64,000 nucleotides of DNA. Source: Calditrichales bacterium (GTDB taxonomy: Bacteria > Calditrichota > Calditrichia > Calditrichales > J004). Shown piece by piece: positions 8,962-19,294 of this stretch. The position numbers were made by a program, and so were the translations under genes. Under the pieces are notes generated by a model that was not told where the DNA came from, searched no databases, and saw only the letters and a list, made by a program, of their open reading frames with translations. Every line of letters starts with the position of its first letter. Within the stretch, counting starts at the first letter, position 1. Location of the stretch: NCBI GenBank assembly GCA_965267575.1, contig OZ254086.1, positions 768,001 to 832,000 on the forward strand, written 5' to 3'.

Positions 8962-10518
8962 TTACTTCAAAAGCATCATCTTGTGGGTTTTTATAAAACC
9001 GCCGGCCTGCATACGCACAAAGTAAATGCCGCTTGGCAGAACCTGACCGGTCGCATCACGGCCATGCCATTTTACTTTATGACGGCCCGCTTCCTGGCGC
9101 TCGTTGCGCAGAGTCTGCACTTTTTGGCCGCGCACGTTAAATACGGCAAGCTGTACCTCGCCGGCTTCTTTCAGATCATATAAAATCACGGTGCTGGGGT
9201 TAAAGGGATTGGGCCGGTTGGGATAAAGATTATAAGCTGTCGGCAGCACGGCAACCCGCTCATCAGCCAGGCCGGTGGCGATGGGTGTTTCCAGCATGAA
9301 TGTGTCGCTGAAGGCCTGCTTAAAGCCATCACTGACCTTTACCGTCCAGCGATATACCGTTTCATAATCAAAGAAGGCCGTATCGCTAAACGCAAGGCTT
9401 GTATCCTGTACGGTGATGCTGGTGTCGCTGCTGTCGCTGAACAGCGTCCAGGTGTAATCGAGCACATCGCCGTCAACATCCGCAGAGCGGCTCCAGGCAA
9501 AGGCGATAACCTGGTCCAGGGAATCCAGCATTAAGCCATCCTGTGGTTGCAGCAGCACGAAAGCGGCGGGCGGGTCATTTACTGGGTTGACGGTAATATG
9601 CACCACCGCCGTGTCACTTCCGCTAACGCTGTCTGTAATCACATAACTGAAGGAGTCGCTTCCCCAGAAATCGGGATTGGGCGTGTAGCTGAACAGGCTA
9701 TCGGAAAGACGAAGCAATTCGCCGTGTTCCGTGGAGTCGTAACTTGTGATGTAAATCGGATTGTCATCTGGGTCACTGTCGTTTGCCAGCGGCAGAATAT
9801 GGATGCTGCTGTCTTCGGGGACCTCCACCAGGTCGCGTTTAGCCCGCGGGTATTGGTTTTGTGAAAAACCCTGGTAGCGCACCTGCGCCTGCGAATAATT
9901 GTAGAAGCCGAAGCGTCCGGCCGGAAAGGTGCCGGTGGTATCAAAAACCACCATAGAATCAATCATGATCTGGATGCGGTTTTCTTCATAAAGTACATCG
10001 ACGTCGTACCAGGTATTATCTCCCCAGCCATACTGATTGCCATAAAGACTGTCAATAACCACAAAACTATCTGCAGATTGGTGCGCCCAGAACTGAGGCC
10101 CGATCTGGTCAAACGTTCCGTCCACGCGGGAAAGCGCCCAGCCTTCCTTGGCAAGCCGGCCGTCAAAAACCTGGTCTGCCTGTTTCCAGTCAAACAAAAT
10201 ATATTTATAGCGATTGTCTGCATCACCGTTGGCGCGGATGGGGCTTTCGTAACCCAGCACGATACCGATATAGTCATTGTCGCTGGATGTTTCCACACGG
10301 ATCTCACCGTGAAATGTGGTGTTGATAAGCGTGTCCGGGCTTACAAAAAACGTCGGCGCGCCGTTCTGCGTCTGTTTCACGGAAAAGCCGTCGTCGGAAA
10401 CATTCCAGGTGCCGTTGCTCAAATCACCTTCCTGTGTCCATGTACGCAGATCAATCGGCGAAAGCTGCGCCCAGCCCAGCGCAATACTCAGAAAGAGAAA
10501 TGTTACAACCCTATGCAT
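8962..10518 (-). CDS. Secreted protein: thrombospondin C-terminal-like lectin domain, cadherin-like/Big_9 domain and T9SS-like (FlgD-Ig) CTD
   Basis: Start at MHRVV (GGAGG RBS at 10523-10527). Motifs QTQNGAP, SDNDYIGIVLGY, DWKQ, GWGDNTWY and GRFGFYNYSQ; LANDSDPD...YTPNPDFWGSDSFSY...VNPVNDPP; NRPNPFNPST...LPSGIYF...KMMLLK. Confidence 0.8.
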   Translation of the reverse strand: MHRVVTFLFLSIALGWAQLSPIDLRTWTQEGDLSNGTWNVSDDGFSVKQTQNGAPTFFVSPDTLINTTFHGEIRVETSSDNDYIGIVLGYESPIRANGDADNRYKYILFDWKQADQVFDGRLAKEGWALSRVDGTFDQIGPQFWAHQSADSFVVIDSLYGNQYGWGDNTWYDVDVLYEENRIQIMIDSMVVFDTTGTFPAGRFGFYNYSQAQVRYQGFSQNQYPRAKRDLVEVPEDSSIHILPLANDSDPDDNPIYITSYDSTEHGELLRLSDSLFSYTPNPDFWGSDSFSYVITDSVSGSDTAVVHITVNPVNDPPAAFVLLQPQDGLMLDSLDQVIAFAWSRSADVDGDVLDYTWTLFSDSSDTSITVQDTSLAFSDTAFFDYETVYRWTVKVSDGFKQAFSDTFMLETPIATGLADERVAVLPTAYNLYPNRPNPFNPSTVILYDLKEAGEVQLAVFNVRGQKVQTLRNERQEAGRHKVKWHGRDATGQVLPSGIYFVRMQAGGFIKTHKMMLLK

Positions 10519-10741
10519 ATTACCTCCAATAAATTTATAAAAATTTCCAGTGCGTGAAAGGCCGGTAAAACAATCGGCAAAACCTGGCAAAAAACAATGC
10601 CTTTATAGTAACCACCGATTGCAGCGACCGCAATTCAGCATTTATCTTCGGCAGGAATCTCATATAATTTTGGATAAGGGCTTCGAAACTTTATTTTTGC
10701 GCATCAAGAATATATCAAATGAACTAACAGTTTAGGTAACC

Positions 10742-11452
10742 ATGACTATCTTATATGTTTTTCCACATCCCGACGATGAATCGTTTGGTCCCGCTCCGGT
10801 GATGCATAAAATGCTGCGGCAAGGTCATAACGTTCACCTGTTGACATTGACCAAGGGCGGAGCAACCAAACAGCGCCATAAATTCAATTACACGGTTGAA
10901 GAAATGGGAGAGGTGCGCCACAAGGAGATGCTGTGCGTGGAAAAGGTACTGGGCCTGACATCCATGACCGTTTTAGACCTGCCCGACAGCGGATTGAAGG
11001 AGATGGATCCCCGTACGATCGAGAACGTGGTACGTCATTATGTTGAGCAGATAAAGCCGGAAGTGATTGTTTCCTATCCTGTTCACGGCATCAGCGGCTT
11101 TTATGATCATTTGGTGATGCACGCCGTGGCCAAGCGCGTGTTCGTCGAGTTACGCGAACAGGTGCACTACCTGAAGCGTCTGGCGTTTACATCGCCCACC
11201 ATGGAAATGGCCACTAAAAATGAACATTTCCGGCTCAAAGGACTGACGGAAAAAGAAATCGACTGTATCGTTGAGGTTGAAGATCAGGATATCGAAGCAA
11301 CGCAAAAGGCGCTGGACTGCTACACCACCTACAAGGAAACAATCGACAACTCCGGCATCCGCGACATGATCATTCATAAACAATATTTTGAGTTTTTTGA
11401 CGAATCGTTCAGCCCGCCGCTGAGCGATTTGTTGGAGCGTCTGCCGAAATAG
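10742..11452 (+). CDS. PIG-L/LmbE family deacetylase
   Basis: FPHPDDES motif, LLTLTKG, LPDSGL, and HGISGFYDH. Confidence 0.9.
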   Translation: MTILYVFPHPDDESFGPAPVMHKMLRQGHNVHLLTLTKGGATKQRHKFNYTVEEMGEVRHKEMLCVEKVLGLTSMTVLDLPDSGLKEMDPRTIENVVRHYVEQIKPEVIVSYPVHGISGFYDHLVMHAVAKRVFVELREQVHYLKRLAFTSPTMEMATKNEHFRLKGLTEKEIDCIVEVEDQDIEATQKALDCYTTYKETIDNSGIRDMIIHKQYFEFFDESFSPPLSDLLERLPK

Positions 11453-11479
11453 CCGGGCGCAAACAGAAAGGAGACCAAT

Positions 11480-12418
11480 ATGTCAGCCAATGTAAAAGGT
11501 ATTCATCATATAACAGCTATCTGCGGAGACGCGCAGACCAATGTCGATTTTTACAGCAAAGTGCTCGGTATGCGTTTTTTAAAGCAGACCGTTAATTACG
11601 ATGATCCGGGTACTTACCATCTTTATTACGGCGATGGAGACGGTAATCCCGGAAGTGTGCTCACCTTTTTCCCCTGGGGCAGCGGAAGCATTCGCGGCCG
11701 CGCCGGCAACGGGCAGGTTAACATCATCGGCTTTGCCGTGCCGTCGGGAAGCCTTAGTTACTGGAGCGAGCGGCTCGGCGAGAACAACATAGACTTCAGG
11801 GGGCCGGACAAACGCTTCGATGAAAGCTATATTTCATTCCGCGACCCGGACGGCATTATGTTGGAGCTGGTTGAAACCAACATCAAGGAATCGTCCTGGA
11901 AAGACGGTCCCGTGCCGCCGCAATACGGTGTTATCGGTTTTTACGGCGCCCTGCTTCACGTGAACGATCCCGGACCTACGGGTGCCCTTTTGGAATCACT
12001 GGGCTTTAAAAAGCTGTCGCGCAAGGACAACAACTATATCCGCTTCGCGATTGATGAAGGTGGCGCTTCGCGCTTTGTTGATCTGATCCACGCTTCGGAA
12101 GCGCCGCGCGGCTCGATGGGCGTGGGTGTCGTGCACCATATCGCCTTCCGCGCCCAGGATGATGACGCGCAGGTGCAGTTACGCAACAAACTGACCGGGG
12201 AAGGCTTTGATGTTACGCCGGTAATCGACCGTAAATATTTTCACTCCATCTACTTCCGCGAGCCGGCCGGTGTCATCTGTGAAATCGCCACTGACCCGCC
12301 CGGATTTACCGTGGACGAAAAGCCGGAGGAACTGGGCAAAAAACTGCAGCTGCCGCCATGGCTGGAAGAACGCCGCGAAGAGATAGAAGGCAAGCTGAAA
12401 AAACTGGAGATTGATTAA
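11480..12418 (+). CDS. Ring-cleaving dioxygenase (VOC/glyoxalase, MhqO-like)
   Basis: Motifs GIHHITAI, KQTVNYDDPGTYHLYYGD, VHHIAFR, DRKYFHSIYFREP and EIATDPPGF. Confidence 0.92.
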   Translation: MSANVKGIHHITAICGDAQTNVDFYSKVLGMRFLKQTVNYDDPGTYHLYYGDGDGNPGSVLTFFPWGSGSIRGRAGNGQVNIIGFAVPSGSLSYWSERLGENNIDFRGPDKRFDESYISFRDPDGIMLELVETNIKESSWKDGPVPPQYGVIGFYGALLHVNDPGPTGALLESLGFKKLSRKDNNYIRFAIDEGGASRFVDLIHASEAPRGSMGVGVVHHIAFRAQDDDAQVQLRNKLTGEGFDVTPVIDRKYFHSIYFREPAGVICEIATDPPGFTVDEKPEELGKKLQLPPWLEERREEIEGKLKKLEID

Positions 12419-13057
12419 TTGCAAAACCACGATAACAGCAATATTGTCCTGGCCGGTGCCAAGCCGGATGAAGCCAAACGGGCGATGATCATGCTGCACG
12501 GACGCGGCGCCACGGCCGAAGGAATTATTGACCTGGCCGCTGAATTTAATCAGCCCGATATGTTGTATATAGCTCCGCAAGCCAGCGCCAATAGCTGGTA
12601 CCCGTTCAGCTTTATGAGCCCCATTGAGAAAAATGAACCCGGCCTAACATCGGCCTTGAACCTGATCCAAAAGCTTGTGGAAAGCCTTAAGGCCAAAGGC
12701 ATTACGGAGAAAAATATCTTTTTGCTGGGCTTTTCCCAGGGTGCTTGCCTGGCACTGGAATATGCTGCGCGCAACGCTACACGCTATGCCGGCGTTATCG
12801 GTCTCAGCGGCGGCCTGGTAGGGCCAGAGGATATCCGGTGGAATTACGACGGTTCATTTGCCGGAACACCGGTTTTCCTGGGCTGCGACGTTCAGGATGC
12901 CCACATTCCGGCACAGCGCGTAAACGCCAGCGCGGAAAAAATGAAACAAATGGGCGCCAATGTCATCTTACGCTTTTACAGGGATTTGGGCCATACAATT
13001 GCCCGCGATGAAATCGAAAGCATAAACGAAATACTGAAAAAGGGTATCGAAGCCTGA
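12419..13057 (+). CDS. Alpha/beta hydrolase (phospholipase/carboxylesterase)
   Basis: LHGRG, nucleophile motif GFSQG, D(AHIP) and H (LGHTI) catalytic triad; a typical partner of MhqO-like dioxygenases. Confidence 0.88.
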   Translation: MQNHDNSNIVLAGAKPDEAKRAMIMLHGRGATAEGIIDLAAEFNQPDMLYIAPQASANSWYPFSFMSPIEKNEPGLTSALNLIQKLVESLKAKGITEKNIFLLGFSQGACLALEYAARNATRYAGVIGLSGGLVGPEDIRWNYDGSFAGTPVFLGCDVQDAHIPAQRVNASAEKMKQMGANVILRFYRDLGHTIARDEIESINEILKKGIEA

Positions 13058-13068
13058 AACAATTCGTA

Positions 13069-13110
13069 CCTGCCATAGTCGCGGCCCAACCCGGTTATGG
13101 CAGGCATTTT
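13069..13110 (+). terminator. Possible intrinsic terminator hairpin
   Basis: CCTGCCATA...TATGGCAGG followed by CATTTT, just downstream of the hydrolase stop. Confidence 0.45.
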
Positions 13111-13142
13111 CTTAAATCACTCAATTCCCGGGATTATCCAAA

Positions 13143-14288
13143 ATGAAACATATTAAATGGATTGCACCCCTTGCGATCATTTTAAGCGGCGCCGTTTTGG
13201 CTATGCTTCTTGCCTCCATGCGCGAGGAACCGCCAAAGCGTAAACCCCAGGTCCGCCCCAAAATTGTAGACGCCCGTGTTGTGGACCTGGTAACCACCTA
13301 TCCCGAAATCAAAGCCTTCGGAACACTTACGACAACGCAGCCGCTGCAGCTTATCAGCGAGGTGAACGGCATCCTGGAGCGCGGCAGCATTCCTTTCCAA
13401 TCCGGACGTTCATTTAAAAAAGGCGACCTATTGATAAAGGTGGATGAGCGCCAGGCAGAACTGAACATCAAAAGTCTTAAAAGCGATTTCCTCAACGCCA
13501 TGGCCGCCGTATTGCCGGAAATCAAAATCGATTTCCCCGATAGATTCCAGCGCTGGCAAAATTACTTTAACAGCGTCAGGTTTGAAGAAGAGCTGCCGCC
13601 CATGCCGGAAGTGAATGACCAGAAACTCAAGCTTTACCTGGCCCGCTTCAATATTTACAAGCTTTATTATGCCATCCGCCAGGCGGAAATCAATCTGGAA
13701 AAGCACTTTTTCCATGCCCCCTTCAATGGCACCATCCAAAGCGCCGATCTGCACGTTGGCTCGGCGGCGCGTAACGGCAGCCGCCTGGGCACTATCCTCA
13801 ACCTGGAAAAAATGGAAGTGCGCATCCCCATCCCTGTCAATCAACTGGCTTTTGTGGACAAGGAGCGTCCGGTAAAGCTGCGTTCCGCGGAAACCGGGCA
13901 AAGCTGGCAGGGAAAACTTTCACGCATCTCCCAAAGCATTGATGAGCGCACGCAGAGCATCGATGCCTTTATCGAGATTGACACGCCGCGGGCGGATGGA
14001 CTCTACGAGGGTATTTTTCTTAATGCGGGCATTCCCGTCAGACCTATCCCGGGCAGCAGCGAGGTGCCGCGCTACGCCCTGTATGATGACAACAAGGTCT
14101 ATCTTATCCGCGACGGCAAACTTTTTTACCAGACCGTGGATGTCGCCATTCGTCTCACCAATTCGGCCATTGTAAACGGCGGCTTGAACAGCGGCGATAC
14201 ACTAGTGACGGAACTGCTTCAGGGTGTGGCTCCGGGCATGCCGGCCACTGCCCGTTTTCTCGGTCTCGCTGAAGGGGCCGGCCAATGA
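13143..14288 (+). CDS. RND efflux membrane-fusion (periplasmic adaptor) protein
   Basis: N-terminal membrane anchor; SEVNG...FKKGDLL lipoyl half-motif; helical hairpin; APFNG; lies upstream of an RND permease. Confidence 0.88.
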   Translation: MKHIKWIAPLAIILSGAVLAMLLASMREEPPKRKPQVRPKIVDARVVDLVTTYPEIKAFGTLTTTQPLQLISEVNGILERGSIPFQSGRSFKKGDLLIKVDERQAELNIKSLKSDFLNAMAAVLPEIKIDFPDRFQRWQNYFNSVRFEEELPPMPEVNDQKLKLYLARFNIYKLYYAIRQAEINLEKHFFHAPFNGTIQSADLHVGSAARNGSRLGTILNLEKMEVRIPIPVNQLAFVDKERPVKLRSAETGQSWQGKLSRISQSIDERTQSIDAFIEIDTPRADGLYEGIFLNAGIPVRPIPGSSEVPRYALYDDNKVYLIRDGKLFYQTVDVAIRLTNSAIVNGGLNSGDTLVTELLQGVAPGMPATARFLGLAEGAGQ

Positions 14289-17200
14289 AAAAAATCATCG
14301 CTTATTTTATACGCTATCCGGTCTGGACAAATGTGCTGCTGGCCAGCGTGATATTGTTTGGCGCGCTCAGCCTGTGGAACATGAAGTACTCCTTTTTTCC
14401 TGAAATCCCGCCATCGGTCATCACCATCCAGGTGCCTTACCCGGGTGCTTCACCGGAGGAAGTGGAAGAGGGTGTTATCCTGAAAATTGAGGAAAACCTG
14501 GACGGCCTTGAAGGCGTGGAACGCATCACTTCGGTGTCGCGCGAGAACTTTGGCGTGATCAACGTGGAAGGAACCAAAAGCGCCGATCTTGAAAAGCTGC
14601 TTACCGATGTCAAAAACGCCGTGGACCGCATCAATTCCTTCCCGCTGGACGCCGAGAAGCCGGTGATTTTCGAGCAGCGCTTTATGTCTCGGGCCGTGAC
14701 GGTAATTATTTACGGGCAAACCGATTTATACAATCTTAAATACATAGTGGAAAATCTGCGCGATGAGCTTCTGGCCGCGCCGGAAATTTCCCAGGTTATG
14801 ATTGACGGCCTGCCCGACCTGGAGATATCGATCGAGGTTTCCGAAGCCGACATGCGCCGCTACGGCCTGCGCTTTGATGAAGTGGCCCGCGCCGTCTCCA
14901 CCAGCAATGTTAACATTTCCGGCGGTAAATTTGAGACCGGCGAAGAAGAAATCCTGATCCGTTCCTGGGGCCGCAGCTATTATCCGGACGCCATTAAAAA
15001 TATCCCTGTCCGCAGCAACCCCGACGGTAGTATCATCGTGCTTTCCGATGTAGCGCGGGTTGTTGAAAAGTGGGCCGATGTGCCGGACAAAACCTATTTC
15101 AACGGCCGTACCGCGCTGGTGTTAAATGTAGATAAGACGGAAGAGGAAGACATCATCGCAGTGGCCGATAAGGCGCGCGAACTGGTGCAGCAATTTAACG
15201 ATGAAAACAGCCGCATAGAAGCCTTTATACTTGATGACCGCACCATTGCCCTGCGTCAACGTCTGCAGCTTTTAATGAACAACGGTTTGATCGGCCTGGG
15301 CCTGGTGCTGATCACGCTGGGCTTTTTTCTCAATTTGCGTCTCTCTTTCTGGGTGTCGCTGGGCATCCCCTTTTCCTTTGGCGGCATGTTCATTGTGGCC
15401 AACCTGGTGGGCATCACTATAAATGTAATTTCGCTGTTCGGCATGATTGTGGTGATCGGTATCCTGGTGGATGACGCCATTGTGGTTGGCGAGAATATTT
15501 TTGCCCATTATGAACGGGGCAAACCTGCGCTCAAGGCGGCCATCGACGGCACCATGGAGATGGTCGGTCCGGTTACCACTTCGGTCACCACCACTATCAT
15601 CGCCTTTACGCCGTTTTTTTTCCTGGATGGTTTTATTGGCAAGTTTATCTGGCATATGGCGCTGGTGGTCGTGGCCACGCTCTTCTTCTCGCTGATTGAA
15701 GCATTTCTGGTTTTGCCGGCGCACCTGGCGCACTCCAAAGGCCTGCACCCGCATGCCGAAGATCCGCCCATGCGCAAACGCATCGAAAGGGCGATCGGAT
15801 TTTTAACATATAAAATTTACGCGCCCCTGCTGCGTCTGGCACTGCGCCATAAATGGACCACCATGGCCGTGCCATTGTTCGGGGTCTTAATTACGATCGG
15901 ATTGATCCGCGGCGGCTTCATCGGCTTTACATTTTTCCCCTTTATCGATGGCGACCAGCTGCCGGTAAACCTAACCCTTGTAGCCGGTAAGCAGGAGGCC
16001 GAAACCGATTCCATCCTCGCCGGCATCGAGCGCCATGCCTGGGACCTGAACAACGAGCTGCGTGACGAACGGGCCGACAGCCTGGACGTGATCATCGGTA
16101 TCAAGCGCGATATCGGCAGCAACGATTTTGGCGAATCGGGCAGCCACATCGGGCGGCTAACCCTGCAACTGCTGGATGGCGAGATTCGCAACATGGACAG
16201 CTACATTATCGCCAACCGGCTGCGCGAAAAAGTAGGAGCGGTGCCCAAGGCGCGGCAAATTTCCTACGGCCGCACCAGCTTCTTTGGCAAGCCGGTAAGC
16301 GTAAGTTTGCTGGGTAACGATCTGGAAAACCTGAACCGCGCCCGCGACCTGATGGTACAGGAACTGGAGAGCTTCAGTACATTGCGCGACGTAACCGACT
16401 CCAACCAGGAAGGGCGCCGCGAACTGGACATCACGCTGAAGCCACGCGCTTATGCCCTCGGGCTCTCTTTACGGGATGTGGCCGGGCAGGTGCGTCAGGG
16501 CTTCTTTGGCCAAGAGATCCAGCGTATTCAGCGCGGCGAGGACGAAATACGCGTCTGGGTGCGCTACCGCGAGGACAACCGTGAGGCGCTGGGCTTCCTG
16601 GATCAGATGCGTATCCGCACGCCCGATGGGGCCGAGTACCCGTTCAGCGAATTGGCCACCTACTCAATCGCCCGTGGCATTACGGCAATAAACCACCTGG
16701 ACCGCAAACGTGAAATTAAGGTAGAAGCCAGCCTGGCCAGCGAGGAGCTGGATTTGCCGCCGATCCTGGAAGAAGTGGAAACCCAGGTGGTGCCTAAAGT
16801 ACTGGCGCAGGTTCCGGGTGTGCTGGCCTCGTTCGAGGGACAATCGCGTGACCAGCAAAAAACGGCCAACAGTATGCAGCAGGCTTTTCCGCTGGCGCTG
16901 CTGCTCATGTTCATACTGGTGATTTTGATATTCCGCTCATACGCACAGGCGGTGGTAATATTCGGCCTGATACCACTGGGTATCGTCGGCGCTTTCTGGG
17001 GACACGGCATCCAGGGCATCCAGGTCAATACGCTTTCCATTTACGGCATCATCGCCCTGTCCGGCATCATCATCAACGACAGCATCGTGCTCACCGACCA
17101 GTTCAACCGCTTTTTGCGTGAAGGCATGAATGTATTTGAGGCTGTGTATAACGCCGGTGTAGCCCGTTTGCGACCGATCCTTTTAACGACCATCACGACC

Positions 17201-17449
17201 TCTGTCGGTTTGGCGCCGCTTATACTTGAGAAAAGCCGCCAGGCCCAGTTCCTGATCCCGATGGCTGTCTCCGTGGCGTATGGCCTGATTTTCGGCACGA
17301 TCATTCTGCTGTTTGTGCTGCCCGGAGCGCTGCTCATCCTCAACCGCATCCGCCTGGGTTGGGCGCGTCTGCGCGGGGACAAGGAGTCGGATGCCGAAAT
17401 GGTTGAGCCGGCACGCAAGGAGCTTATCGAAGCAAGGGTGGAAGCCTGA
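14285..17449 (+). CDS. RND efflux permease (AcrB/AcrD/AcrF family)
   Basis: 1054 aa; YPGASPEEVE, GILVDDAIVVGENI, GIIINDSIVL and RLRPILLTT motifs; 12-TM pattern. Confidence 0.95.
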   Translation: MKKIIAYFIRYPVWTNVLLASVILFGALSLWNMKYSFFPEIPPSVITIQVPYPGASPEEVEEGVILKIEENLDGLEGVERITSVSRENFGVINVEGTKSADLEKLLTDVKNAVDRINSFPLDAEKPVIFEQRFMSRAVTVIIYGQTDLYNLKYIVENLRDELLAAPEISQVMIDGLPDLEISIEVSEADMRRYGLRFDEVARAVSTSNVNISGGKFETGEEEILIRSWGRSYYPDAIKNIPVRSNPDGSIIVLSDVARVVEKWADVPDKTYFNGRTALVLNVDKTEEEDIIAVADKARELVQQFNDENSRIEAFILDDRTIALRQRLQLLMNNGLIGLGLVLITLGFFLNLRLSFWVSLGIPFSFGGMFIVANLVGITINVISLFGMIVVIGILVDDAIVVGENIFAHYERGKPALKAAIDGTMEMVGPVTTSVTTTIIAFTPFFFLDGFIGKFIWHMALVVVATLFFSLIEAFLVLPAHLAHSKGLHPHAEDPPMRKRIERAIGFLTYKIYAPLLRLALRHKWTTMAVPLFGVLITIGLIRGGFIGFTFFPFIDGDQLPVNLTLVAGKQEAETDSILAGIERHAWDLNNELRDERADSLDVIIGIKRDIGSNDFGESGSHIGRLTLQLLDGEIRNMDSYIIANRLREKVGAVPKARQISYGRTSFFGKPVSVSLLGNDLENLNRARDLMVQELESFSTLRDVTDSNQEGRRELDITLKPRAYALGLSLRDVAGQVRQGFFGQEIQRIQRGEDEIRVWVRYREDNREALGFLDQMRIRTPDGAEYPFSELATYSIARGITAINHLDRKREIKVEASLASEELDLPPILEEVETQVVPKVLAQVPGVLASFEGQSRDQQKTANSMQQAFPLALLLMFILVILIFRSYAQAVVIFGLIPLGIVGAFWGHGIQGIQVNTLSIYGIIALSGIIINDSIVLTDQFNRFLREGMNVFEAVYNAGVARLRPILLTTITTSVGLAPLILEKSRQAQFLIPMAVSVAYGLIFGTIILLFVLPGALLILNRIRLGWARLRGDKESDAEMVEPARKELIEARVEA

Positions 17450-18771
17450 TGAGAAACGTAACTTTTTATACATTAAAAATAGTTTTTTTGGCGATTTCCT
17501 TATTGCCGGCTCAGCAACCCATGACCGCGGAGGAAGCGATTCGGCTGGGGCTGGAAAATAACTATGCCATTCGTATTGCCCGCAACAACGCAGAGATCGC
17601 CGGCAACAACCGCGGACTGGGCACGGCGGGTTTTCTGCCGCGGCTCGATGCCGGCGGCGGCGCCAGCTATAGCGAAAGCAAGCAGGAAACCAATTCCCCG
17701 TTCAGCTTTGGCGACAGTGAAAGCGAGCAATATAACGGCCGTATTGAGCTGACCTGGACGCTATTTGACGGGTTTTCCATGTTTGCATCCAAGGGACGCT
17801 TTGACGCTTTGGCCACTGCCGGGGAAGCGTCGGCCAGGCTGGCCATCGAGAACAGCGTGGTATCTATTCTGAGCGCCTATTTTAACGTGGTACAACAACA
17901 GCAGCTATACGATGTCGCCCGGGAAAACCTGGCCATTTCCGAAGACCGGCTCTCCAAAGAAGAAGTGCGCCGCGATATCGGCGGAGCCTCTTCCACGGAT
18001 CTGCTCCGAGCGCAGGTGGCCTTTAATGCCGACCAGTCGACGTTGCTTCAGCAGGAGCTGGCTTTGCAGACAGCCCGCCAGAGCCTTAACACCCTGCTGG
18101 CCCGCGATCCCGCCACGGAATTTGAAATCGTCACTGAAATACAGGTGGCGCCGCTGGGACTTTCCGCCGCTGAATTAAACGATCTGGCCGGTAAACGTAA
18201 CGCCGCGTTGCAAGCCGCCCGGGCAAGCCTGCAAGCCGCCGATGACAATATTACGATCAACAGCGCCAATTTTTACCCGCGCCTGACTTTTAACGGCAGC
18301 TACAGCTACACAGATCGTTCTACGCCGCTTAACAGTGAGAACCCGCAATTCCCGTCAACCATCACCTCCAAAACACAGGATACATTTTTCGGGCTTTCCC
18401 TCTCCTGGAACCTGTTTAACGGCATGCGCGACAAGCTGGCGCGCCAAAACGCGGTATTGACCTACCGCAACAGCCTGCTTGAAAAGGAAAACAGCGAACT
18501 GCAGCTAAAGGCCAATCTGGCCCTGGCTATCACCACATTTGAAAAACGCATGGAACTTTTGCAGCTTGAACAGCAGAATCTACAAGCGGCACAGCAAAAT
18601 TTTGCGCTGCAAAAGGAGCGCTACGCTGTGGGCAGTGTAAGCTCACTTGAATTCCGCGATGCGCAGATTAACCTGAACCGGGCGCAAATAGCCCTGATTG
18701 CCGCACGTTACCAGGCTCGTGTGGCCCGTCTTAATGTGGAACAATTAACCGGTCAAATCGCCATAAAATAG
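17449..18771 (+). CDS. TolC family outer-membrane efflux protein
   Basis: Signal peptide; repeated FLPRL / FYPRL...LSWNLFNG pattern; ERYAVGSVSSLEFRDAQ. Confidence 0.92.
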   Translation: MRNVTFYTLKIVFLAISLLPAQQPMTAEEAIRLGLENNYAIRIARNNAEIAGNNRGLGTAGFLPRLDAGGGASYSESKQETNSPFSFGDSESEQYNGRIELTWTLFDGFSMFASKGRFDALATAGEASARLAIENSVVSILSAYFNVVQQQQLYDVARENLAISEDRLSKEEVRRDIGGASSTDLLRAQVAFNADQSTLLQQELALQTARQSLNTLLARDPATEFEIVTEIQVAPLGLSAAELNDLAGKRNAALQAARASLQAADDNITINSANFYPRLTFNGSYSYTDRSTPLNSENPQFPSTITSKTQDTFFGLSLSWNLFNGMRDKLARQNAVLTYRNSLLEKENSELQLKANLALAITTFEKRMELLQLEQQNLQAAQQNFALQKERYAVGSVSSLEFRDAQINLNRAQIALIAARYQARVARLNVEQLTGQIAIK

Positions 18772-18772
18772 T

Positions 18773-19294
18773 ATGGAAAGTATCATAAAATTTAGCCGCG
18801 GCGTTATCCGGCCCTTGCGGCAGGAAGATGCTGAAAGCATAGCCCGGCATGCCAACAATATCCAGATTGCCAACCAACTGCGGGACGCATTTCCGCACCC
18901 TTACAGCCGTGAAGACGCCGAAGCGTTTATTGCCATCTGCAATGGCCAGATACCCGCGCAAAATTTTGCCATCGTGGTGGATGGCGAAGCGGCAGGGGTT
19001 ATTGGCGTAAAGCTGAATAATGATATCGAACGTTTCTCCGCGGAGATCGGCTACTGGCTTGGAGCGGCGTACTGGGGCCGCGGCATCAGCACGGAGGTTT
19101 TAAAACGATTCAGTAGTTTTGCCATGGAGCATTTCAGTCTCAATCGTTTGTACGCCCTGCCTTTCAGCGATAATATGCCTTCCGTACGCGTTCTGGAAAA
19201 AGCGGGCTACGTACGTGAAGGTGTTCTTGCCAGGAGCGCTTACAAAAACGGCACATTTAAAGACCAGTGCCTCTACGCCCTTGTACAGCAATAA
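18773..19294 (+). CDS. GNAT N-acetyltransferase (RimJ/RimL type)
   Basis: Motifs AEIGYWLG..YWGRGI and N.PSVRVLEKAGY..EG. Confidence 0.92.
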   Translation: MESIIKFSRGVIRPLRQEDAESIARHANNIQIANQLRDAFPHPYSREDAEAFIAICNGQIPAQNFAIVVDGEAAGVIGVKLNNDIERFSAEIGYWLGAAYWGRGISTEVLKRFSSFAMEHFSLNRLYALPFSDNMPSVRVLEKAGYVREGVLARSAYKNGTFKDQCLYALVQQ

